Shown here: positions 19,871 to 29,396 of the stretch, piece after piece
Numbering within the stretch: the first letter of the stretch is position 1
How the letters are laid out: every line of letters begins with the position of its first letter
DNA from: an uncultured Bacillota bacterium
GTDB taxonomy: Bacteria; Bacillota_I; Bacilli_A; RFN20; CAG-826
DNA length: 64,000 nucleotides
Reading direction: 5' to 3'
Assembly (NCBI GenBank): GCA_937876465.1
Contig: CALEHV010000043.1
Location: forward strand, 3,198-67,197
Program-made: the position numbers and the translations under genes
The notes under the pieces: model-generated
Seen by the model: only the letters and a program-made list of their open reading frames with translations
What the model was told of the DNA's origin: nothing
Database searches by the model: none

Positions 19871-22853
19871 AAGAAAAAAAATATCTTTTTCTGTTGCCAT
19901 TTCATTAATAAGTTTGGTGGCATCTTTTGTCTCAAGTTTTTTATTTACAAAATTTTTGTTATCTCAACCTCAAATTGGGGATGTTAACTTTGGTTTAAAG
20001 ACAACAGTTGATTCTTTTGTTTCTTTTGTTTCAATTTTTACATTTGGAATGTCATCAACTTTTATCAGATTTCATAAAAAATATGCTAACGAAGAAAAGA
20101 CGGTTATTTCTTGTTTTAATATTGTTACTTCAATAATAGCTATATCTGCATTAGTTTTCGGTGTTGTACTTGTGGTGTTGACCTTAAACAACGTTATTTT
20201 GAATCCTGCCGATGGTAAATACACTCAACAACAAGTTTATGATTTTCTTTTAATACTGATTGTCTCAATTTCGTATATTGCTCTATCAATTGTTCTTGGA
20301 AATAGTAAATGGTTTCTTGAATCTAAAAAATCTATCGTTTTTGTTCGAATTATTAATTTCTTAGTAATTATTTTATATCCTTTGATTTCAATTCCTGTTG
20401 TTCTTAGTGGCGGCAATATGGTTGCCGTTACAATAGTTTATTCATCGGTATATTTGTTGGGCTTTTTGTCTTATTTAATTTATCGTGTATTTATTTTAAA
20501 AAATCACGACTTGTTTTTATACAAAAATGTTAAAAAAGAAATGTTAAAAGAGATTATAGTTTTCTCTTTCTTTGTTATTGTTTCAGTTGGAATGGAAACT
20601 TTAAATCACTCTGCGGATAAATTGATTTTAACTATCTTTTTAGGAGCTGCTGAATTAACTACAATATATCAACTTAGTATGACTTTAAATCAGGTTTTGC
20701 TTTCTTTATGCAGCACAATTTATGCACCTTATCTTCCTTATTTAACAGAAGATATTGTCAACAACAAAACTGATGAAGTCCAAAAAACATACGATAAAGT
20801 TAGTAAAATTCTATTATTATTATCGTTTTTACTGCTTGTCGGTTTTGCTGCATGTGGTAAGGATTTTGTTTATCTTTGGGTAGGGGAAGGCAAAGAAATT
20901 GTTTATTACTTTACTTGTATTATTTTTGCTGCTTGGCCTTTATATTCGATGGTTATGTTTTCTACATTAATTCATCGAGCGTCAAATAAACATGTAGTAA
21001 GTTCTCTAATGCATGTTGCTTCATTTTTATTACATATTATTTTTACTTTATCATTTGTCTCATTACTTGGAATTTGGGCATGTATAATTGGCACAGCTAT
21101 TTCTATGGTGAGTTTGGGTATTGGGTTTTTAATTTATAACAAAAAAGTTATTGGCTTAAAACAAAGGCAATTTTTAATTACCTTTTTTAAACTATTTTTT
21201 GCTTCTATTTTAACTATTGGTATATGTCTTCTTTTCAATTTCCTTATTGATAGCTATGTTCATATAGAAAGTAGAGTTATTTGCTTTGTATTAAAAGGAG
21301 CTTTCTCTGTTATCATATTTACCTTTTTACTGTCCATTTTTTTCCTAAAAAAAGTCAAACATTACTTTGGTTTAGCTTTTCATGATGAATATTCATTTTC
21401 TGTAACGGGGAAGGCGTCAGTTTTTAGTAGGTTTAGATTTCGCATCATTTCCAAGAAAAACAAGATTAACAAATTATTTTCTATTATTTTTATTGCATAT
21501 TTTTTAATAAATTTTTCTTCCTACTATTTAGGAGGAATACCTTTTGTTTCTAGTGTGATTAATACAACAATATATGCCTATTTATCCAAATTCATATCTT
21601 ATTGTTTAATTATTTCGTATATTTCCATTTTTGTTATTGCAAATGAAAGACGAGTTAAAATTACCCAGTTGCTTCCTTATTTGATTTTAATATCTATCTC
21701 TTTATTATCTTGTTTTGCCGTTCCAAAGACGATTTCTTTTATTGCAATTAATGATTATAACTTTAATGTTTATACTACATTTTCGGTTGGTATTGCTGAT
21801 TTAGCAACCGGATTTCTTAATTTGTTAATTGATCTTTTTGTTATGTTTGCGTATGTGTTCATTTTTCGCGGGATAGTAACAAAACAAAATATATATCTTT
21901 TCCTTAGATTTATTGTTATATTCACTTTGTGTGAGTGCATATATTCATTAATTTTTCAATTTAATGATTACGCATATTTCTTCGCAAAAGCGACAGGAAC
22001 AGGCTCTTTCCCAGGATATGAAACAAACTTATCTGCAACATTTTCGAGTAAAAATGGATTTGGTTTCCTTCTTTTTCAATGCACGATTGCATGTTATTTT
22101 CTTCTAATAAATGAAAAGAAAAAAAGATATATTCCTGCTTTAATAGTTAGCCAGTTAGTTACTTTTTTTACAATATGTAAAACAGCCTTAATCTCAGTTT
22201 TGCTTATTGACATAATTCTGTTGATATTTTATTTGGCAAGTATTTTCAAAAAAAAGAGAAAACAATTTGTTATTTGGATTGCTTCGATTGCTGCAGTTGC
22301 TTGCGTTATAGGTTTATTGTTTACTCCTTTATTTAGGAAAATTGAAATAATTGATATGATTGATAAGAAAATAATTGAATTATTCTTCTTGTCTGGTGAT
22401 GCGACAATCAAGTCAAGAGAAATGATTTGGTCTTATGCTTTTAGGATGATAAAGGGGCCTTTTATTGTTCTCGGCTATGGAAAAACTGTATCGCCTTATT
22501 TTTTGAATGTTAGTTCTAATTTTATTACTCATACATTTCACAATGGTTTGTTAGATATTTTATGTAGTTATGGCATTTTTGGTGTGTTTTTGTATTTTAA
22601 TTCAATTGTTAAGGTCTTTAAATTTGCTAAGCCTAAGAAAAAAGCAATTCTGTTGCAGTATGGAATCGTTATTGCGGTAATATTTGGGACATTAGCATAT
22701 GGACTAATGGAGAACGTTTTTCTATTTATGAGCAGTACTAGTATTGTATTGACTTCTAACTTAGTTTTATCAGTTAATACCGATGACGAGAACGAAGAAA
22801 AATATTTATGCACATCTGGCATTAAGGAGACTTATTATGAACTTTACATCTAA
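19857..22853 (+). CDS. Fused polysaccharide flippase (Wzx/MOP-like, N-terminal half) and O-antigen-polymerase/ligase-like (Wzy_C-like, C-terminal half) membrane protein
   Basis: A single uninterrupted 998-aa polytopic ORF. The C-terminal half carries THTFHNGLLDILCSYGIFGVFLYF, typical of the Wzy/O-antigen ligase family. The N-terminal half has MOP-flippase-like topology. Confidence 0.6.
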   Translation: MRLDKRKKISFSVAISLISLVASFVSSFLFTKFLLSQPQIGDVNFGLKTTVDSFVSFVSIFTFGMSSTFIRFHKKYANEEKTVISCFNIVTSIIAISALVFGVVLVVLTLNNVILNPADGKYTQQQVYDFLLILIVSISYIALSIVLGNSKWFLESKKSIVFVRIINFLVIILYPLISIPVVLSGGNMVAVTIVYSSVYLLGFLSYLIYRVFILKNHDLFLYKNVKKEMLKEIIVFSFFVIVSVGMETLNHSADKLILTIFLGAAELTTIYQLSMTLNQVLLSLCSTIYAPYLPYLTEDIVNNKTDEVQKTYDKVSKILLLLSFLLLVGFAACGKDFVYLWVGEGKEIVYYFTCIIFAAWPLYSMVMFSTLIHRASNKHVVSSLMHVASFLLHIIFTLSFVSLLGIWACIIGTAISMVSLGIGFLIYNKKVIGLKQRQFLITFFKLFFASILTIGICLLFNFLIDSYVHIESRVICFVLKGAFSVIIFTFLLSIFFLKKVKHYFGLAFHDEYSFSVTGKASVFSRFRFRIISKKNKINKLFSIIFIAYFLINFSSYYLGGIPFVSSVINTTIYAYLSKFISYCLIISYISIFVIANERRVKITQLLPYLILISISLLSCFAVPKTISFIAINDYNFNVYTTFSVGIADLATGFLNLLIDLFVMFAYVFIFRGIVTKQNIYLFLRFIVIFTLCECIYSLIFQFNDYAYFFAKATGTGSFPGYETNLSATFSSKNGFGFLLFQCTIACYFLLINEKKKRYIPALIVSQLVTFFTICKTALISVLLIDIILLIFYLASIFKKKRKQFVIWIASIAAVACVIGLLFTPLFRKIEIIDMIDKKIIELFFLSGDATIKSREMIWSYAFRMIKGPFIVLGYGKTVSPYFLNVSSNFITHTFHNGLLDILCSYGIFGVFLYFNSIVKVFKFAKPKKKAILLQYGIVIAVIFGTLAYGLMENVFLFMSSTSIVLTSNLVLSVNTDDENEEKYLCTSGIKETYYELYI

Positions 22854-23280
22854 GATTGCATTGCTGATGATGTTCATCGCATCTTTATCGTCTTGTTCAT
22901 TAAAAACAGAAATAGTCGGTGAATTTTTGTTTGATACAAATTTTGTCTTAAAAAAAGAATTTGATTCCACTGGTTTAGAGAGATCCGATTTTTATTTTAT
23001 TCACGACTCTGTTGGAACTCAAATTTTCCTAAAAAATGATAGAACATGTCGGCTTACTATAAAGTATCAAAGCGAGGAAACAAAAATCATTAGTGGAAAT
23101 TATAGGATTGTTGTAGGCGATGTTGGACATTCTGGGCATGGTTCTTTAAACTTTCCAAATTATACTGTTCCTGTTAATTTTAAAGAATCTTATTGGCTAA
23201 TATTTGATATGCCACCGGAATTAAATCCAAGCGGCAAAACTGACATAAGAACTGTCCAGTTTCAAAGGTGGGGATCATGA
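22837..23280 (+). CDS. Small lipoprotein, function unknown
   Basis: ATG 22837 behind AAGGAG. N-terminus MNFTSKIALLMMFIASLSSC (lipobox). Confidence 0.6.
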   Translation: MNFTSKIALLMMFIASLSSCSLKTEIVGEFLFDTNFVLKKEFDSTGLERSDFYFIHDSVGTQIFLKNDRTCRLTIKYQSEETKIISGNYRIVVGDVGHSGHGSLNFPNYTVPVNFKESYWLIFDMPPELNPSGKTDIRTVQFQRWGS

Positions 23281-23660
23281 AAAAAATGTTTGATAAAAGA
23301 TTTAGTTTTTATCTAGTTGTTGATTCTTTATTTGTCTCTTTAGTTTTTGTTTTTTACTGTTTTTATGAAAGCAACAAAAACTTAGGGTTGCAAATCGCTT
23401 TTTTTATTTTACTTCCAATAAGTGTCATTTTCCGTTATTTGTTTTTCATGCCAAAAGCTGGTGTTCTGAATATTAAAAATAGTACCTTATTCTTAAAAGA
23501 TTCCATTCTTTTAGTATTTTTTGCTTTTATATTTGGAATTTTATACAGTTTATTTAATTGGTTACATTTGTATGCCGAAATTGAAGTAAGTGCTAATATT
23601 GCATTTACAATTTACTGTTTGATTATTGTTGTATCCAATTTTGTAACTATTAAAAAATAG
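23277..23660 (+). CDS. Small integral membrane protein, function unknown
   Basis: ATGA overlap with the upstream stop. Four predicted hydrophobic helices. Confidence 0.55.
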   Translation: MKKMFDKRFSFYLVVDSLFVSLVFVFYCFYESNKNLGLQIAFFILLPISVIFRYLFFMPKAGVLNIKNSTLFLKDSILLVFFAFIFGILYSLFNWLHLYAEIEVSANIAFTIYCLIIVVSNFVTIKK

Positions 23661-23681
23661 TAAATTACTTATAATTTATAT

Positions 23682-24944
23682 ATGGATAAAAAGATTCTGT
23701 TTATATCTACAACCGATTTAGCCGATACCGATAGCAATGGTAGAACCTTAAGAGATGTTTTTGGTTTTTTCGAAAAAAAGAACATTTTTTGCTTTTGTAC
23801 ACATCGAAAGAATAAAGACTTAGATAAATTCAATGCATTTTGTGTGGATGAATCAAAATTGTATCGATTTGGTATTAATAATAAAACCATTCACAGAAAC
23901 GTTAAAGATACCTGTGAGCCAGAAAAAAAATATAAAGGATTTAAAAATAAAAAAAATCCTTTGACATGCTTATTAAGAATCTTTTTATGGAACTTTTTCT
24001 GGTTTATTTGGAAAAACAAATTTAAAAAATGGGTATTATCAATTTCACCAGATTATATAGTGTACAATCCTGGCGATTTTCCTTTTATGCATAAATTAGC
24101 TACTTGGACGTCAAAAATTTTAAAAAAGAAGTTAATAGTCTACAATACTGAAGATTATTATTTTAAGACGTGGAATTATTTACACGATGATAGAGGATTT
24201 AAGTTTCTTTACCCGACATTTAGAAGAAAACTGAGAAAAAGTTTTGATAAAATGATTACCAAAACTTCTTTGTTTATTTGTAACATACCAGGTTTAACAG
24301 ATTTATATAGTTCCTCGTTTCCTAACTTAAAATGTTATACATGTTATCATAGTTCTAGTTTAAAATCTATTGATAAAGAAACAGTAAACCAACATTCTTT
24401 TAAAGACTTTTATTATGCTGGAGATTTAGGAAAAGGCAGAGACGAAACATTAATGACTTTTTCGAAAAAACTAAGTAATATTTTACCCGATTCGAAAATA
24501 TATGTTAACGGAACTCTTGGAAGAAAATTTACAATAGATGATTTTAAAAATACGAATAATATAATCTTTAAAGGCTTTTGCTCATATCAAGAAGTTTCAA
24601 GTAATTTGCTAAAGGATTATGTGCTATTAAATTTAGGTTTTTTAAACGAATATGATGCAAAAGATAAAAGATATGGATTTTCAACAAAACTTGGCGATTA
24701 TATTTCTAGTGGAAATTTAATTATTCACTTTGGCCTTGAGTGCGAAGAGTCTAGAATATTGAATTTCAACAAGTTAGCTTTCGTTGCTGATAATGAAGAA
24801 AAATTAGTTATGTGCTTAAAACAAATCAAAGAAGGAAGAAAAAATCCTTTTTATATAAATCAATTGAAATTTAAAAAATATTTTTTAGATAGAGAAACAA
24901 ATAACAAAACATTGGAAAGGATCATTTATGAAACCGACTTTTGA
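23682..24944 (+). CDS. Putative GT-B fold glycosyltransferase or glycan-modifying enzyme
   Basis: 420-aa ORF in the glycan operon. The C-terminal segment GFSTKLGDYISSGNLIIHFG resembles the GT-B donor-binding region. No strong motif was found. Confidence 0.4.
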   Translation: MDKKILFISTTDLADTDSNGRTLRDVFGFFEKKNIFCFCTHRKNKDLDKFNAFCVDESKLYRFGINNKTIHRNVKDTCEPEKKYKGFKNKKNPLTCLLRIFLWNFFWFIWKNKFKKWVLSISPDYIVYNPGDFPFMHKLATWTSKILKKKLIVYNTEDYYFKTWNYLHDDRGFKFLYPTFRRKLRKSFDKMITKTSLFICNIPGLTDLYSSSFPNLKCYTCYHSSSLKSIDKETVNQHSFKDFYYAGDLGKGRDETLMTFSKKLSNILPDSKIYVNGTLGRKFTIDDFKNTNNIIFKGFCSYQEVSSNLLKDYVLLNLGFLNEYDAKDKRYGFSTKLGDYISSGNLIIHFGLECEESRILNFNKLAFVADNEEKLVMCLKQIKEGRKNPFYINQLKFKKYFLDRETNNKTLERIIYETDF

Positions 24945-26787
24945 GTATTTAATTACAACAGTTAATAAGACGCTTGATGAAATTAAAAATTTAATAATCA
25001 AATCAAATGTCAAAGGAAGAATTCTAATTGGTAATCAACAATCTTTTGAAGAATCACAAACCGATTTTGAATTAAATGGTTCGTTTGTTAGTGTTTTCAA
25101 TATGAGAAGTAAAGGCGTTTCAAAAAACAGAAATTTTTTATTAAATAAATCTATTGGTGACTTTGTCACCTTCTTAGATGATGATATGAGTTTTTTTGAA
25201 AATTCTCAGACTGTTGTTGAAAAAAATGTCTCTCAAAATTTAAAATTCAATGCTGTTAGATTTAACGTCAAAACAGACAATAGAAAACGTAAAATTAAGC
25301 AAATTCGAAACAAGAAATCTCTCTCTTTTAAAGACTTAAGTTCTTATGGCGTGTGGGGTATTTTCTTTAAAAGAGATTATTTAATAAAAAACGACATTTA
25401 TTTTAGAGAAGATGTTGGCCCTGGGACAGAGATAAACCATGGAGAAGATGGAGTTTTCTTAAAAACATTTTTAGATTTTTCAAAAATTTTACAAATACCG
25501 AAATGTGCTTTTGTTGTTAGTCAAAACGAATCTACATGGCACGGACAAGAAAGAGATTTAGAAAAGGAATTAATTTCTCACGGATATGTTTATTCAATTC
25601 TTTTTGGAGAAAAAGCTTTTAAAAAATCTAAAATATTTTTATTAACACATCGTTGGTGCTATCCAAAAAGTGTTAAATTATGGGAACTTAGAAGATGGAT
25701 GCGTTTAGGAATTTTAAAGGAAAGAAAAAGAAACTTAAAACTAGATGATGTTAAAGTTGTAGTTCTGGGCCCAATTGTTAATGATAAATTATCTGGTGGT
25801 GTTGGAGTTTTTGATGAAAGCTTATATCGTGGTTTTGAGTCTATTGGTATAAAATCACATATTATTTCTCTCGCAAAATCTAGTTCAGTAAATAATATTG
25901 TTGTCGGAGATGGACGTAATAAAGTTAAAAAAATTGGCCTTTATTTTAGGAAAATTGCTAAGGAAATTAAAAAAATAAAACCAGATATTGTGATTTCATC
26001 CACTCAATATAGTATGGGTATACAAACGTATAAGAAAATCTACCGTAATGCATTGTATATTCAAGTTTTGCATGGCGTTGCCTGGCCGTCGAACGGCAAA
26101 TTTAAAGCATGGGCAGTGAACACTGTTGCAAAGTATTCTAGAAAAACTTTTGATTATTTATCTACTGTATCGTACTTATCATATGCGTTGAATCTTCAAT
26201 ACAATGGTATTAAATGTGATAAGGTTATTCATAATGGCTGTAATATGCCATTAGTGAATGAATCAACTAAGGATATAGACTTTTTGTATGTTGGTCGTCT
26301 TTATAAAGATAAACAGGTTGAAATGATTGCTGATGCTTTTGTTCAATTAGCAAAAAACAATAGCTCAATAAAGTGTGTAATTGCAGGCTATGGCGATTTA
26401 GAGAGTCTATTTGTCAATGGAAAATATAAAAATAGCTCAATTAATTATTTGGGTCGATTAACTCAAAAGGAAACTCAAGAACTTATGCTTAGAAGCAAAT
26501 TTTTTATTTCAATGCATCCATTCGAAACTTTTGGAACAGTTTTTAATGAAGCAGCATTAAATGGATGCAACATAGTCACTCAATCAACTACTGGAGTCAT
26601 TCCTCTATATATGAAGAAAAAATATTATCATAATGTTGATTCGGAAAATGCTGCCGAACTGTGTAAAGAATTATTAGATATTAAAAACAACTATTATCTT
26701 ATTGAAGAAGACGAAAAGATTAGACTGAAAAAATATTTATCGTATGATAGAGTTGCAAAGGATTATTTGAGCTTCCTAAAAAAATAA
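24928..26787 (+). CDS. Two-domain glycosyltransferase (GT-A/GT2-like N-terminus, GT4-like C-terminus)
   Basis: N-terminal KGVSKNRNFLLNKSIGDFVTFLDDDMSF (DxD motif). C-terminal FLYVGRLYKDKQ and HPFETFGTVFNEAALNGCNIV (GT4 E-x7-E region). Confidence 0.7.
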   Translation: MKPTFEYLITTVNKTLDEIKNLIIKSNVKGRILIGNQQSFEESQTDFELNGSFVSVFNMRSKGVSKNRNFLLNKSIGDFVTFLDDDMSFFENSQTVVEKNVSQNLKFNAVRFNVKTDNRKRKIKQIRNKKSLSFKDLSSYGVWGIFFKRDYLIKNDIYFREDVGPGTEINHGEDGVFLKTFLDFSKILQIPKCAFVVSQNESTWHGQERDLEKELISHGYVYSILFGEKAFKKSKIFLLTHRWCYPKSVKLWELRRWMRLGILKERKRNLKLDDVKVVVLGPIVNDKLSGGVGVFDESLYRGFESIGIKSHIISLAKSSSVNNIVVGDGRNKVKKIGLYFRKIAKEIKKIKPDIVISSTQYSMGIQTYKKIYRNALYIQVLHGVAWPSNGKFKAWAVNTVAKYSRKTFDYLSTVSYLSYALNLQYNGIKCDKVIHNGCNMPLVNESTKDIDFLYVGRLYKDKQVEMIADAFVQLAKNNSSIKCVIAGYGDLESLFVNGKYKNSSINYLGRLTQKETQELMLRSKFFISMHPFETFGTVFNEAALNGCNIVTQSTTGVIPLYMKKKYYHNVDSENAAELCKELLDIKNNYYLIEEDEKIRLKKYLSYDRVAKDYLSFLKK

Positions 26788-26796
26788 AGCAAAGCA

Positions 26797-27543
26797 ATGA
26801 TTACTGTATCAATAATAACACCTATATATAATTCATCATCATTTGTTGGTGAAACATTTAAGAGCGTTTTAAATCAAACATTTCAAGATTGGGAATGGAT
26901 TATTGTTGATGACTGTTCAACAGATAATTCTTTTGGAATTGTTTCCGATTATGCAAAACAAGATTCTAGAATTAAAGTTTTTAGGTTAGAGAAAAATAGT
27001 GGAACAGCTGTAGCTAGAAACACTGGTTTAAAACATGCTTCTGGACGTTATATAACATTTTTAGATTCAGATGATTTATTAGATCCAGATTATTTAGAAA
27101 AGCAACTAAACTTTATCAAAGATAATGGACCTTTAATTTCTGCTGGATATAGAAGAAAAACAGATAAGACTTGTACAGATTTTTATGTACCTGATGTGGT
27201 GGACTATAAATTAGATTTAAAAGGGAATCCTATATCTTGTTTATCTACTATGTACGATAGAAGCGTTATAGGAGATGTATATTTTCCTGAAGATATAGAA
27301 AAACCTGAGGATTATGTATTTTGGCTCAATATTCTAAAAAGAGGTTTTGTCTGTAAAGGCAATCATGAAATATTAGCTACATATATTATTCATTCAGGAA
27401 GTAAATCTTCTAATAAATTTAAATTAATTAAATGTATGCATAGAGTTTATCATAAGACTCAAGGAATTAACTGGTTTAAGAGTTGGTACTATGTCTTGAG
27501 ATGGGCTTTGTATGGAAAGAAGAAATATAAAAATGTTAGATAA
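26797..27543 (+). CDS. Family 2 glycosyltransferase
   Basis: VSIITPIYNSSSFVGETFKSVLNQTFQDWEWIIVDDCSTDNS and FLDSDD motifs. Confidence 0.85.
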   Translation: MITVSIITPIYNSSSFVGETFKSVLNQTFQDWEWIIVDDCSTDNSFGIVSDYAKQDSRIKVFRLEKNSGTAVARNTGLKHASGRYITFLDSDDLLDPDYLEKQLNFIKDNGPLISAGYRRKTDKTCTDFYVPDVVDYKLDLKGNPISCLSTMYDRSVIGDVYFPEDIEKPEDYVFWLNILKRGFVCKGNHEILATYIIHSGSKSSNKFKLIKCMHRVYHKTQGINWFKSWYYVLRWALYGKKKYKNVR

Positions 27544-28684
27544 CATTCAAGGAAGCATTTACAAGTATATTGTTCAAAAAAGTAACAAAAAAACGTTACT
27601 TGTGCTAGGTAATGGTTTCGATTTGAATTGTGGTTTAAATAGTAGTTTTTACAATTATTTTGAGAAATGGGTAAAAGAAAATGCTGGTATTTTCAATTTG
27701 GGCCCTAAATCTGATTCCAATATTTGGAATTGCTTGCTATACTTCGCCTTTTGGGATGATAAAAGATTTTGCAAAACGGATGATGTTGTAAAAAGTGAAA
27801 ACAAAAGCAATCCGTTTTGGATGGATATTGAATCTTTCATTAAAAAGGTTGTCACCGAAGATATCGATAATAAAAAGATTCGTTTTTTTCATAACCGTAA
27901 ATACACTGATGTTATTCTCGATGCCTTTGAACATAGAACTGATAATATGTATTTTTGCAATGCTGAACAATTCGTTTTTTTAAAAAAATTATTTTGTAAA
28001 CGCTTTTCGTGGGACCAAGAAGATTTCGATATATATAAATTTTTATATAATGAGTTATGTGCTTTTGAGTCTGATTTTAAAAATTACATATCTGAGCAAG
28101 TTAAAACAAACAAATCTTATTGCACCAAATCTTTAAATTTGATTAAAAAATTTGAGTTAGTTAATAATTGTGCTTACTTATTTAGTTTCAATTATACTAA
28201 TCCATTTCAAAAGAATGATCTTTTCAAAATCGAAAACATTAATTATGTTCATGGTTCGATTAAAGATAATGACATTATTATAGGATTTGATTCTAGCGAC
28301 TTGCAAAACAACAAAGATCACTCTATTTATTTAAGCAAGGCGTGGCAAAAAAGTAAAAATGAGCTCACTAATGAACCTCTTCCTAAACAAAACGAAATTG
28401 AAGAAATTAAATTTTATGGCCATTCATTAGGACCTCAAGATTATTCTTATTTTCATTGTTTATTTGATATTTTTGATTTGTATAACGGAAAAATTCGATT
28501 GATTTTTCTTTATTCAGATTACGAAGCGACAAAAGAAAAAAATGAAATTAATGAGATTAATTACGTTTCTTCTATTTATAGCCTTCTTGACGATTATTCT
28601 CAAAGATGTGGGAAAGAAGGAGAACATAGAACCTTGATAAGTAGATTGCAAATTGAAAATCGCCTTATCATTAAGAAAATCTAA
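27533..28684 (+). CDS. abiH: AbiH-like abortive infection protein
   Basis: AbiH family hallmarks LVLGNGFDLNCGLNSSF, FSFNYTNPF...NYVHGS and FYGHSLGPQDYSYF. The start (27533, or 27512) overlaps the stop of the GT2 gene. Confidence 0.75.
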   Translation: MLDNIQGSIYKYIVQKSNKKTLLVLGNGFDLNCGLNSSFYNYFEKWVKENAGIFNLGPKSDSNIWNCLLYFAFWDDKRFCKTDDVVKSENKSNPFWMDIESFIKKVVTEDIDNKKIRFFHNRKYTDVILDAFEHRTDNMYFCNAEQFVFLKKLFCKRFSWDQEDFDIYKFLYNELCAFESDFKNYISEQVKTNKSYCTKSLNLIKKFELVNNCAYLFSFNYTNPFQKNDLFKIENINYVHGSIKDNDIIIGFDSSDLQNNKDHSIYLSKAWQKSKNELTNEPLPKQNEIEEIKFYGHSLGPQDYSYFHCLFDIFDLYNGKIRLIFLYSDYEATKEKNEINEINYVSSIYSLLDDYSQRCGKEGEHRTLISRLQIENRLIIKKI

Positions 28685-28729
28685 TTTTCAAAAATTGTGA
28701 GTTTAGGTAAAACTTAGAAGGCATAAAAT

Positions 28730-29245
28730 TATAAAATACATTATTAAAGCCGCTTCTTTACTAAAAGATGATAACAGATTTAAATTTCATATTGTTGGTA
28801 GTGGAAGCGAATTTGATAATGTTAAAAAACTTGCTGAAGAATTAAATGCAAGTAATGTTATATTCTATGGCCAAAAGCCTTTATCTGAAATGCCAAGATG
28901 TACGCTTTAGCAGATGCTATGTTAGTAACTTTAGAAGATAAATCTTATGCAAACATGACTATACCTGGAAAAGTACAATCATACATGGCAGTAGGCAAAC
29001 CAATCATTGCGTCTATTAATGGAAGTACAGCAAACTTTATTAAAGAAAATAATATAGGTTATGTTTGCGAATCTGGAGATTACAATCAATTAGCAGAATT
29101 ATTTAAAAGTTTAGATGTAAACAATTTAAAAGAACTTGGCTTTATTTCAAAGGAAAAATATTTTGAGAAATATAGTAAAGATTCTTTTATATCTTCGTTG
29201 TTGAGTCGCGTTGAAACTGTCGTTGCTTTATCACTTAAAAAGTAA
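28730..29245 (+). pseudogene. 5'-truncated and frameshifted GT4 (WcaI/WbuB-like) glycosyltransferase remnant
   Basis: The reading IIKAASLLKDDNRFKFHIVGSGSEFDNVKKLAEELNASNVIFYGQKPLSEMP stops at 28897-28899. It continues in another frame as MYALADAMLVTLED...PGKVQSYMAVGKPIIAS. There is no N-terminal GT domain. Confidence 0.75.
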
Positions 29246-29396
29246 CATTGATGATATATTCGCGATATATCCACGTATATTTAAATTATTGAAAATAGTA
29301 GAATTTATAGAGATTTGATAAAAAGCAACAGTCAACATTAGTTTAATAACTGTTAATGCGCTGTTGGGAACATATTAAAAAAGGAGGCTAATAAAC

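Noticed and set aside
29311-29330. A 10-nt match (AGAGATTTGA) to the T-arm region of tRNA-Ser near the left end of the island, considered as a possible att duplicate.
   Set aside because: The match is too short, AT-rich and not extendable. Chance matches of this length are expected in a 64-kb window.
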